Shown: positions 1 to 8,437 of the stretch, in pieces
Position numbering within the stretch: position 1 is the stretch's first letter
Layout of the letters: the number at the start of each line of letters is the position of its first letter
DNA from: Candidatus Rifleibacteriota bacterium
Lineage (GTDB): Bacteria > Muiribacteriota > Ozemobacteria > Ozemobacterales > Ozemobacteraceae
DNA: 19,462 bases
NCBI GenBank assembly: GCA_051747585.1
Contig: JBNJGH010000065.1
Span: forward strand, 1 to 19,462
Direction: 5' to 3'
Notes under the pieces: model-generated
Seen by the model: the letters and a program-made list of their open reading frames with translations, nothing else
Databases searched by the model: none
What the model was told of the DNA's origin: nothing
Made by a program: the position numbers and the translations under genes

Positions 1-2
1 TT

Positions 3-1460
3 TCAATTCTTATCAGACTCTTTGGGATCACTGAATATTGAAATATTTAGCTTTCTAATCAATCTTCCGTTTGAATGAATTTCATGTTGTCTGAATTCCT
101 GTTTATTGAACCTTTTCCCAAAGTGAGCGGCTTCAGAATAGTCATCTTCGTCGACATAAACCACATTTTCTGCATTTTTTATCAATTCTTTCGAATTCCA
201 GAACCGGTAATTTTTACCTGAATGGGTTTCTGCTGTTCTTTCAGGCGGGATATTGCCATAAAAGGCCGCTTCAGCAGTTATTCCGTAGCCTTGCCCGACA
301 AAGAGTGATTTTTTGCCGGTTTCTTCGTCGACCTTTTTTAAAAGTTTGCCGGCCTTTTCCCAACCGTGAAGTCTGTAGGAAATATCTTTAAAAGGTAAAA
401 TAAGAGTTGCAGAGTGAATTAACGCAATTAAGGCAAGAATTGCTCCGGGTAGAATTGTCCAGCCGGCTCTTTTTTTTGACCAACCGCTTACCAGCCAATG
501 TGCCATTAATGGGAAGCCGCCAAGGTAGGCAATTTGTGGCCAGTTTGCTTCTACCTTTGTTTTTAATCCGGAATAGGTAAACAAAAGTAATGCCGGCAGC
601 ACAGTCGCCGCAAGAAAGAAGACCTTTTCATTCTTCGATTTAAAAGATTTGTAAAATTGAGTAAATGAAAGGTAAAAGATCAAAATAAAAATCGATGGTC
701 CCAGTGTCCCCAACTGCCCGCCAAGGAATTCGCCCAGATAAAATAAAAATGACTTTTGCCCCGGTTTTAACCCATGCGAAAATTGAAACTTGAGTGAAGC
801 CCACTCATTCTGGTAATTCCATATAAGAATTGGAATAGTCCCGGCAAAAGCCAACAACACCATCAACCAGAACCGGGCTGTAAAAACAAGTTTGCGGCGC
901 TCGGGAAAAACCAGAATTGAAGCCGCGACTGCCGGAACAATTAAGATCATATTGTATTTTGACATTGCCCCGAGTCCGAGACAGATTCCCATTATTATCC
1001 AGGGAAAAACAGGTTCGGGATCTTTTAATATTTTCAAAAAAGTTAAGAGGCAAAGACCCCAGAATAGTGACAGCGGAGTGTCCGGAGTCATAATAAAACC
1101 TAGCGCCAGACTGGCAGGATTCAGTTGAAATAAAAGAGCGCAGAAAAAGCCGACACGGGCACTTTCAAAATAATTTCGACAAATAGTAAAAAGAATTAAG
1201 CTAACTAAAAAGTTAGCAATCAAAGCGAACCCGCGCACAGCAAGAACCGTGTCACCAAGGAAAGCTTTCAGCATAGCTATCATATAACCCACCATTGGTG
1301 GATGATCGAAATAAGATAAATCGAGCCTTCGAGAATATTCCCAATAATAGGCTTCATCGGGAGCCAAATCAAAAAACAGCGCCATTGCTAATTTAACCAG
1401 CATTGCCAGGCAGATAAAAATCCAGAAACGCTTTGTCCATAGTTGATTGTTTTCTGTCAT
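3..1460 (-). CDS. GT-C fold integral-membrane glycosyltransferase (ArnT/PMT_2-like, GT83/GT39-type), 485 aa
   Basis: N-terminal DEAYYWEYSRRLDLSYFDHPPM motif, TPDTPL and SKYN motifs, many hydrophobic helices and a soluble C-terminal tail. SD GGAG (1467-1470, minus strand) lies 6 nt before the ATG. Donor and acceptor cannot be determined. Confidence 0.88.
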   Translation of the reverse strand: MTENNQLWTKRFWIFICLAMLVKLAMALFFDLAPDEAYYWEYSRRLDLSYFDHPPMVGYMIAMLKAFLGDTVLAVRGFALIANFLVSLILFTICRNYFESARVGFFCALLFQLNPASLALGFIMTPDTPLSLFWGLCLLTFLKILKDPEPVFPWIIMGICLGLGAMSKYNMILIVPAVAASILVFPERRKLVFTARFWLMVLLAFAGTIPILIWNYQNEWASLKFQFSHGLKPGQKSFLFYLGEFLGGQLGTLGPSIFILIFYLSFTQFYKSFKSKNEKVFFLAATVLPALLLFTYSGLKTKVEANWPQIAYLGGFPLMAHWLVSGWSKKRAGWTILPGAILALIALIHSATLILPFKDISYRLHGWEKAGKLLKKVDEETGKKSLFVGQGYGITAEAAFYGNIPPERTAETHSGKNYRFWNSKELIKNAENVVYVDEDDYSEAAHFGKRFNKQEFRQHEIHSNGRLIRKLNISIFSDPKESDKN

Positions 1461-1641
1461 TTAAGGCTCCAATTTTTTAGCTATATCAGGATATCAGATA
1501 ATTTAACCGGAATTCAGCGAAATTTAAAAGTATAATTAATTGGTTAGAGAACCATTTTTATTTTTATAGAGGCAAAATTCTTAATATTATAATGTTGAAA
1601 GATAAAGTACCATTAATTAAAATCGATAAAAAGGTCTGCTG
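1461..1641. promoter_or_regulatory. AT-rich divergent promoter region between the glycosyltransferase and the zinc-ribbon gene
   Basis: Divergent gene starts. TATAAT on + at 1531-1536 and 1588-1593; ATTATA at 1586-1591 gives TATAAT on -. No convincing -35 element identified. Confidence 0.45.
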
Positions 1642-2469
1642 ATGAAAAAAAATATTATGTTCAGTTCTAATTTAGTAAAAATCTTCTTTTGTATTATTGC
1701 TTTTTCTTTAATTTCTTCGCTTTTAAGCGCCCAGGAAGCTTTTAAAGTTCCCGGGAAGCTGTTTTCCAACTATGGGAAAGGGCAAAAGCTCAAGCTTGAT
1801 GTAACCAAAATCGGAGACTACAATTTTTCGCTTAAAAATCCCGATAGAAAAATCAATAAAGACAATATGATGACCGGCAAAGATTTCAGAAATGCTGTAA
1901 AAATGGAGATTTTCGATATAAATAATAAAAAAATTGCATCGAATTATTTTTCCGGAGTCAAAGTTAGAAAATCAGAAATGGGAAATATGAAATCGAGGCA
2001 TCTTTATTCATTCAATGCTTCATTTAAGGCTACCGGCACCTGCTATTTGAAACTTACCCCCCTAAACAAAGATGAAGAAGATCGCAAATATTTACTTGAA
2101 GCTAAATATAAGGGCAGGCCGTTTCTGATTTGGGGAATGAAGTGGGATGAATTTCTTACAATGGCTGCCGGCATAGTTGCGTTTCTCTTTATCGGTTTTA
2201 TTGTTTTCTTAATTTTGCTTTCGGGTCGCCGTCAGTTGCAACAAAAGGCAGAAGAGGAAGCGAAATCGCCGCCCTACGAAATCGACGATGAATTTGAAGT
2301 TAAAACTGATGCAAAAGGCCTGAAACCATCTGATTCCCAGGATGCTCCCTCACAGGCTGATGAAACAGAGGCAAAATCGACAATCGAACGGTTTTGCCCT
2401 TCCTGCGGTACCGCCAGAGAAGAAAAAGCCGATTTTTGCGCCAACTGCGGCCATAAATTCAAAACTTAA
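1642..2469 (+). CDS. Hypothetical membrane protein: N-terminal signal/TM, exported domain, second TM, acidic linker, C-terminal zinc ribbon; 275 aa
   Basis: Hydrophobic IFFCIIAFSLISSLLSA; TM MAAGIVAFLFIGFIVFLILLS followed by GRR; C-terminal FCPSCG-x7-FCANCG (first to last Cys 2395-2448); AAGGT SD-like site upstream. Confidence 0.8.
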   Translation: MKKNIMFSSNLVKIFFCIIAFSLISSLLSAQEAFKVPGKLFSNYGKGQKLKLDVTKIGDYNFSLKNPDRKINKDNMMTGKDFRNAVKMEIFDINNKKIASNYFSGVKVRKSEMGNMKSRHLYSFNASFKATGTCYLKLTPLNKDEEDRKYLLEAKYKGRPFLIWGMKWDEFLTMAAGIVAFLFIGFIVFLILLSGRRQLQQKAEEEAKSPPYEIDDEFEVKTDAKGLKPSDSQDAPSQADETEAKSTIERFCPSCGTAREEKADFCANCGHKFKT

Positions 2470-2473
2470 AAGG

Positions 2474-3997
2474 TCAGTTGGTTCTGGCGAGTAGAATATC
2501 GCGTTGGTAGAGGAGAATGCCACTGGCGCGTAGAAGTTCGGTGCAGGCCTGTTGGTGTTCGACTTTCGCATTTACCTGAGCAATTCTGGCTGCAGTTAAA
2601 TCGCGCTGTGCCTGGGCTACCTGAAAAGAAGTCGTTTTACCCAGATTGAATTTTATTTCTTCGACCCTGAGTTTTTCCTGTTGCTTTTCGCTGGTAGCTG
2701 CGGTTGCCTGAATTTGTTGCCGGGTTCTTTGCACTTCAATGTAGGCATTTATTACTTCCTGGGTAATCAGCTGCTCGAGATTTTTCATCGAATGTTGTTG
2801 AAGTTTCAGGTTTAATTTTGCCCTGCTGTGACGTGCTCGCTCATCTCTGCGGTGATTGTTCAGTTCATAGATCAGCCCTGCGGAAACATCGTAGGCCCCA
2901 TCTTCGCCTGGTTTGGGGTTAGTTGCGGCAAAGCTTCTTGCGTAACCTGTTTTGCCCATTTCAACAAAAAGGTCGAGTCGGGGTAAAAGGCCGTTTTGGG
3001 TGCTCACTATTTCAAGCTTGCCCTGCCTGATTTCCAGATCGGCTTGTTCAATTTCAGGTCTTTCTGCCAGCGCCAGTTCGATATATCGATCGAGATCAAA
3101 ATCAGGAGCTTTGAGAATTTCAGGTCTGGACTTGATTAAAGGCAGCCGGCGGTAAAAATTTCGCGAGTCGGGGTTCAGCAGCCGCAGCAGGGCCACTGAA
3201 TTTGATAAACTTCTGCTTTTGGCATTTATTAAATCTACTTCACGTAGCTTAACTTCAGCCTCGGCGGCGGCTACTTCCGATTCTGGTATGCTGCCTGCTT
3301 CGATTCGGCGCATGGTTTCATTTTGCTGTTGCTTTGCCAGTTCAACTGATTCCTGCATAATTTCAAGTTGTCGGGTGCTTAAATAATAATCCCAGTATCT
3401 TGTTTCTATCTCAGCGATTAGATTGAGGACAAAGCCCTGTAGTTCATATCTGGTCCATCTGAGCTCGAGTTCAGATTGCTTTAACGAAATCAGATTAACC
3501 TCTCGGCCTGAATCACGTTTTAAAGGATGTAGAACTCTAAAACCAAATCGAGTCGAAAAGAGATTGTCTTCACGGGCAGAACGATTACGTCTGGTTGAAA
3601 GATTAACAGAAGTTCGGGTGCCGGCTTTGTTTTTTCTGCTCCAGCTCAACTCACCCTCGGTATAGTTCGAAACATTATCGCCAAAGTTGCCCTGTTGGTA
3701 AATAACCTTTGCCAGGCGCTCTCCCTGACTTATGCGGGCAGAAACCGAGGGGTCGAAGTTGGCTTTTTCGCTTTCAATATAGGTTTTGCTTATTTCGGGG
3801 GTTAGCTTCTCTATTTTTAAGGCGATATTGTTTTTAACTGCCATTTGGATTGCCTGATTCAGTTCCAGGTCAAGCGAAGAGCTAGAGCTGGCATAAATTT
3901 CAAGGCCGGTGTTTGTTATCGAGTCTGAAGCAGCAATACAAATAGAACTTACCAACAAAAGTGATATTGTTGTAACAACTGTAGATAGCTTGATCAT
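2474..3997 (-). CDS. TolC/OEP-family outer membrane efflux protein, 507 aa
   Basis: Signal peptide; OEP-like segments (LELNQAIQMAVKNN, ALAERPEI, LLPRLDL, FNLGKTTSFQVAQAQ); last gene of an MFP-RND-OMF operon; ATGA overlap at 3994-3997. Confidence 0.93.
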   Translation of the reverse strand: MIKLSTVVTTISLLLVSSICIAASDSITNTGLEIYASSSSSLDLELNQAIQMAVKNNIALKIEKLTPEISKTYIESEKANFDPSVSARISQGERLAKVIYQQGNFGDNVSNYTEGELSWSRKNKAGTRTSVNLSTRRNRSAREDNLFSTRFGFRVLHPLKRDSGREVNLISLKQSELELRWTRYELQGFVLNLIAEIETRYWDYYLSTRQLEIMQESVELAKQQQNETMRRIEAGSIPESEVAAAEAEVKLREVDLINAKSRSLSNSVALLRLLNPDSRNFYRRLPLIKSRPEILKAPDFDLDRYIELALAERPEIEQADLEIRQGKLEIVSTQNGLLPRLDLFVEMGKTGYARSFAATNPKPGEDGAYDVSAGLIYELNNHRRDERARHSRAKLNLKLQQHSMKNLEQLITQEVINAYIEVQRTRQQIQATAATSEKQQEKLRVEEIKFNLGKTTSFQVAQAQRDLTAARIAQVNAKVEHQQACTELLRASGILLYQRDILLARTN

Positions 3998-6900
3998 CTG
4001 GTTTCTCCGGTCAATTTCTGTTCTTTGGCGTGCTTTCCAAAGATTTTTTCGAATTCAATGTATACCATTGGAATAATTGTCAAAGAAATGAAGGTTGAGC
4101 AGATAAGTCCTCCGATAACTGCCCTGGCCATAGGTGCCTGCATCTCTCCGCCTTCGCCGAGCCCGATTGCCAGAGGCAAAAGTCCGAGAATTGTAGTAGA
4201 GGCGGTCATAAGAATCGGTCGGCAGCGATCTCGAGAAGCCTGCTTAACCGCATTGTATAAGGCCAGGCCAGAGGTTTCGCGCAGAAGATTGATGTGGTCG
4301 ACCAGCAAAATTGAGTTGTTTACCACGATTCCGCCCAGCATAATGCAGCCAATAAAAGACTGAACGTTAAGAGTAGTTCCGGTCAGATAAAGTGCTGGAA
4401 TAACGCCGATAATCGACAATGGAACCGTCACCATTACAATAATCGGGTCGTATAGAGATTCATATTGAACTGCCATTACCATGTAAACCAGCACCAAAGC
4501 CAGAATAAAGCTCAAGCCAAGCTCTTTGAAAGATTTCTGTTGCTCTTCATAATCGCCAGACATAATAATGCTGAAGTTTGAAGGCATTGGAATCGTTTTG
4601 AGTTTTTCCTGCGCTTCTTCTACAATAAAGCCCAGTGCCCGGCCTTCTATGTTGGCTCTGACATCGATGGTGCGCTCTTGATCTACCCTTTCAATTTCGA
4701 TCGGGCCGGCTGATTCGATTATTTTGGCAACATTTTTAAGCATCACCGGCTGACCTTTTGAATTTGAAATGTGCATGTTCAGAATTTCTTCGAGGGTGCT
4801 GTATTCTGCATTCTCAGCCTGAACCAGTATACGATATTCGTCACCCTTTTCGCGCAGATAGCCGGCAGTAGAACCAGATAGAACTGTTTCCATAAACCCG
4901 GCGATTTTATTGACACTTAAATTTAAATCTGCGGCCCGGGCTCGATTGATTGCGATAATTCTTTCGGGAATACCCTCGGTTCGACTTACATCTACATCGG
5001 TAACTCCTTCGATTGTTTCGAGAACTTCTTTAACCTGAGCACCAATTCTTGACGAAGTAGCGAGATCATGACCTCTTATCTGCATTTGAAGACGCTCTCC
5101 GCTGCCTCGGCCCATGCGGAGAATAAACAAGCCCTGACCTTCTCTAACCCGAACTTTTACACCGGGCAGCACCTTTAACTTTTCACGCAGGTCGGCGGCA
5201 ACTTCTGTTGTAGATCGATCTCTTTCATTCATTGGCACTAAAGGAATTCTGATTCTTCCCGAGCTGGTTCCATGTGAACCCCAGCCTCCGCCTACATTTA
5301 CAAATAAAATGGTTCTTTCGGGAACAGACCGGGCGATAATTCGTTCAGCTTCAAGAAATATTCTGCGGCTTATGCCTATTTTTGTGCCTTCTTCAAGCTC
5401 AATTGTTACTCGTACTTCGCCTTCATCTGCCGCAGGCATAAATTCTGTGCCTACGCTTTTGATCAGGAAAATGCTCATTGTTAAAAGGAAAGCTATAATA
5501 AAGGTCGTTTTTGCTTTGTTATTTAACACCAGATTAAGCAAATAAGAATGCGCAGCGAAAATTCCAGATAATATTTTTTCTGAAACTCTTTTAAAAATGC
5601 TTGTTTTTTGTTTCGAATTAAAAGCTAGCAGCTGCGATGAAAGCATTGGTACCATAGTTAACGAAACTACAAGTGAGCAGAAAAGGGCAAAAGCAACAAT
5701 AAACGCCAGCTGTTTAAACATTATTCCAGTCATTCCTTCAATAAAAAGAAGGGGCAAAAAGATGACTACAGTTGTAAGGGTGCTGGCCAGAACCGGCATG
5801 GCAACCTCGCTGCTGCCCCTCACTGCTGCAGCTTTTTTATCGAGTTTTTTTTCGCGGTAACGGAAAATATTTTCAAGAACGACAATGGAGTTGTCGACCA
5901 GCATGCCGATGCCAAGCGCCACGCCCCCCAGAGACATGATGTTGAGGGTAAAATCAAAATAATACATGAGCGCAAAAGTAGCAATAATCGAAAATGGAAT
6001 GGCAATCGCTATAATCAGAGTGCTGGTAATATTTGCCAGAAAGAATTGCAGAATTATGATTGCAAGCAAACCGCCATAAAAAGCCGCTGCACTGACATTA
6101 TCAATGGCTCGTTCGATATAAATCGAGGTGTCAATTATCGGGGTCAGCCGCAGTTGTGGAATTTCTTTGTTTATTTTTTCTATTTCTTTTTTTACAGCAT
6201 TTGCTACGGCGACAGTGTTGCTGCCTGACTGCTTGTTAACCATTACTCTGACGGCGGGCTTGCCATCAATTCTGATTATGCTTTTGTCGTCTTCCCAGCT
6301 GTCTATTACATTGGCAACGTTTTCCAGGCGAATCTGTTTGTCGTCTTTTTCGCCTATAACAACTTCTTTTATTTCTTCGATATTGCTGAACTCGCCGGGT
6401 GTTCTAAGTCTGAATTCATAGTTGCCCGATTCAATTGTTCCGGCGGGCAGGTTAATGTTTTCTGCTCTGAGATTCGAAATAATTTGCCCGGGCGAAATTC
6501 CCAGGGCTTTAAGTTTGGTCATGTTAAGGTCGACATGAATTTCGCGCTGGTTTCCGCCACGAACGTCAAGAGAAGCAACCCCGGGTATGCGTTCTATTCT
6601 GTATTTAACCTGGTTCTCGATTATTTCAAGCAGTTGAACCGGATCGAGGTCACCCGCAGCTCCGAATATTACAATCGGAAAAGCAGCTGCATCAAATTTT
6701 CGTAATCTTGGGCGATCCATGTCGTCGGGTAGTCTGCCAATTATTCTATCGAGTCTATCGCGAATGTCATTTGAAACTGCATCAAGATCGGTGCCCCATG
6801 CAAAGGCGACCCTTACTCTGCTGCTGCCTTCGCTTGAATCCGAGGTTATTTCTTCTACACCGGGCACCGCTGCTATGGCCTGTTCTATCGGCCGGGTAAC

Positions 6901-7086
6901 AAGTGTCTCTATTTCTACCGGGCTGGCATTGCCATAGGATGCAGAAATTGTAATTCGCGGGTAGGTTATGTCCGGCATGAGATCTATTGGCAGGTGATAA
7001 AGTGAAACTATGCCAAAGATAGTGACGATACACATTATCATTGTTATGCCGATCGGGCGTTTAACAGATAACTGTGAAAGTATCAT
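3994..7086 (-). CDS. AcrB/AcrD/AcrF-family RND efflux permease (HAE1-like), 1030 aa
   Basis: Typical RND size and motifs: SVKRPI, LPIDLMPDI, VTRPIEQAI, LNIMSLGGVALGIGMLVDNSIVVLENI, EFMPAADEG, RCRPILMT, QAPMARAVIGGL. Confidence 0.96.
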   Translation of the reverse strand: MILSQLSVKRPIGITMIMCIVTIFGIVSLYHLPIDLMPDITYPRITISASYGNASPVEIETLVTRPIEQAIAAVPGVEEITSDSSEGSSRVRVAFAWGTDLDAVSNDIRDRLDRIIGRLPDDMDRPRLRKFDAAAFPIVIFGAAGDLDPVQLLEIIENQVKYRIERIPGVASLDVRGGNQREIHVDLNMTKLKALGISPGQIISNLRAENINLPAGTIESGNYEFRLRTPGEFSNIEEIKEVVIGEKDDKQIRLENVANVIDSWEDDKSIIRIDGKPAVRVMVNKQSGSNTVAVANAVKKEIEKINKEIPQLRLTPIIDTSIYIERAIDNVSAAAFYGGLLAIIILQFFLANITSTLIIAIAIPFSIIATFALMYYFDFTLNIMSLGGVALGIGMLVDNSIVVLENIFRYREKKLDKKAAAVRGSSEVAMPVLASTLTTVVIFLPLLFIEGMTGIMFKQLAFIVAFALFCSLVVSLTMVPMLSSQLLAFNSKQKTSIFKRVSEKILSGIFAAHSYLLNLVLNNKAKTTFIIAFLLTMSIFLIKSVGTEFMPAADEGEVRVTIELEEGTKIGISRRIFLEAERIIARSVPERTILFVNVGGGWGSHGTSSGRIRIPLVPMNERDRSTTEVAADLREKLKVLPGVKVRVREGQGLFILRMGRGSGERLQMQIRGHDLATSSRIGAQVKEVLETIEGVTDVDVSRTEGIPERIIAINRARAADLNLSVNKIAGFMETVLSGSTAGYLREKGDEYRILVQAENAEYSTLEEILNMHISNSKGQPVMLKNVAKIIESAGPIEIERVDQERTIDVRANIEGRALGFIVEEAQEKLKTIPMPSNFSIIMSGDYEEQQKSFKELGLSFILALVLVYMVMAVQYESLYDPIIVMVTVPLSIIGVIPALYLTGTTLNVQSFIGCIMLGGIVVNNSILLVDHINLLRETSGLALYNAVKQASRDRCRPILMTASTTILGLLPLAIGLGEGGEMQAPMARAVIGGLICSTFISLTIIPMVYIEFEKIFGKHAKEQKLTGETR

Positions 7087-8276
7087 AGCTCAGCTCCAGA
7101 CTTGCCGCTTTTTAAGTTCGAAATTCGTATCGAAGCTCCATCTTCGAGCAGATGATACCCAAGGGTTACAACCTGGCCTGAAACTTCCGGAGAAATTATT
7201 TCGGTGCAGCTGTCGTTGGCAAAGCCTTTTTCAACAGCTATGAATCTGACCGTCGAGCTTGCTTCGTTAACCACAAATATTCCTTCTTTGTCATTTCTTC
7301 TGACCAGAGAATGGTTCGGAACGATAGTCGCTGAATCATGTGCAGCAAAAACAATAGTTGCGGTAACGAACATTCCGGGTTTTAAGGTAAAGCCCGAGTT
7401 TTTCAGTTCCAGCTCTACCTTAGCCAGTCTTGACCTGTTATCTAGTAACGGAGGTATTCTTACCACCTTTGCTTCAAAAGTTTTATCTTCGATAGCATCT
7501 GACCTTATTTTTGCAAGCTGGCCTTTTTTTATTTTGAAGTAATCTTTCTCTACTACGTCGATTATTGCTGTAAGGGTCGCTATATCTATTACCGAAATAA
7601 GAGGAGAGCCGGGTCCGGCCATTGATCCCTCATCTAGATATTTTTCAGCAACGAATCTTTCATTTGAGCCGCCTGTCCATGATGCGTCAACTTTTGCGTA
7701 AGAAAGTCTGACTTCTGCCCTTTCAAGAGCCGCCTGGCGGTTACTCAATTGCGATTCGCTTACTTTGAGTCTTGCCAGTCGTGTTTTATATTCAGATTGC
7801 GCTTTTTCAAGTTCAACATCAGAAGAAACCTTCTGCTTGTGCATGGTTTTGGTTCGTTCGAGCTCTTTTTTTGCAATTTCAAGCAGCCCTTTAGATTCGT
7901 TGTAATTCGCTCGGGCAATTTCAAGCTCTGCTTCTGCCTGTCTTACTTCGAGAAGAAGTTCTTCGTTGTCGAGTTCGGCAATTATTTCGCCATTTTTTAT
8001 TAAATCTCCGATGTCGAGATATAACTTTTTTATTCTGCCCGAAATCTTAGGGGCAAGATCAAACTCAGATTGAGCATAAAGCGAGCCGGTAAAAACTCCT
8101 TCATCAAGAAGTCTGGTTTTCTTGATCGGCTGAGTTTCGACTGCAACCGAAATATTTTGCTGACCCCGGCCTCTTTTTCTTCCTGCCTTTTTTGCTTCTT
8201 GTGGTTTGAGAAATAAATGGTTTATTAAAAATGCGAGTGCAACACCTGCAATCAATGTAATAAAAAGCTTTTTCAT
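7083..8276 (-). CDS. RND efflux periplasmic adaptor (membrane fusion protein), 397 aa
   Basis: N-terminal TM anchor, LAPKISGRIKKLYLDIGD lipoyl half-motif, coiled-coil hairpin, LKPGMFV and IVPNHSLV; SD AGGGG upstream; ATGA overlap with the RND gene at 7083-7086. Confidence 0.95.
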   Translation of the reverse strand: MKKLFITLIAGVALAFLINHLFLKPQEAKKAGRKRGRGQQNISVAVETQPIKKTRLLDEGVFTGSLYAQSEFDLAPKISGRIKKLYLDIGDLIKNGEIIAELDNEELLLEVRQAEAELEIARANYNESKGLLEIAKKELERTKTMHKQKVSSDVELEKAQSEYKTRLARLKVSESQLSNRQAALERAEVRLSYAKVDASWTGGSNERFVAEKYLDEGSMAGPGSPLISVIDIATLTAIIDVVEKDYFKIKKGQLAKIRSDAIEDKTFEAKVVRIPPLLDNRSRLAKVELELKNSGFTLKPGMFVTATIVFAAHDSATIVPNHSLVRRNDKEGIFVVNEASSTVRFIAVEKGFANDSCTEIISPEVSGQVVTLGYHLLEDGASIRISNLKSGKSGAEL

Positions 8277-8437
8277 CTTTTCCCCTTTTTTATCGGAAAA
8301 TTATAATTTGTTAATTTAATTGGAAGATTAATCGCAAATATTATAAGGGTTTATTATTAGTAAAAACAGTGTCTTAATATTTCTTTACATTAACTGTGTT
8401 ATATTTTATTTGAAAATTTATACGGAGGATGACCTGA
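8277..8437. promoter_or_regulatory. Divergent promoter region for the RND operon (-) and the exported S9 peptidase (+)
   Basis: Very AT-rich. Extended -10-like TGtTATATT on + at 8397-8405; SD GGAGGA at 8424-8429; TATAAT on - at 8300-8305 and 8340-8345. Confidence 0.55.

Noticed and set aside
3..1460. Assigning the gene symbol arnT (lipid A L-Ara4N transferase)
   Set aside because: The motifs identify the GT-C superfamily only, and no arn biosynthesis genes are visible in the window.
8298..8309. Perfect 12-bp palindrome AAATTATAATTT upstream of the RND operon as an operator
   Set aside because: All A/T in a very AT-rich spacer, so expected by chance; no regulator nearby.
8429..8437. Mini-ORF ATG-ACC-TGA immediately before, and in frame with, the S9 start codon
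   Set aside because: Its ATG directly abuts the GGAGG SD (no spacing), whereas ATG 8438 is well spaced; probably chance.
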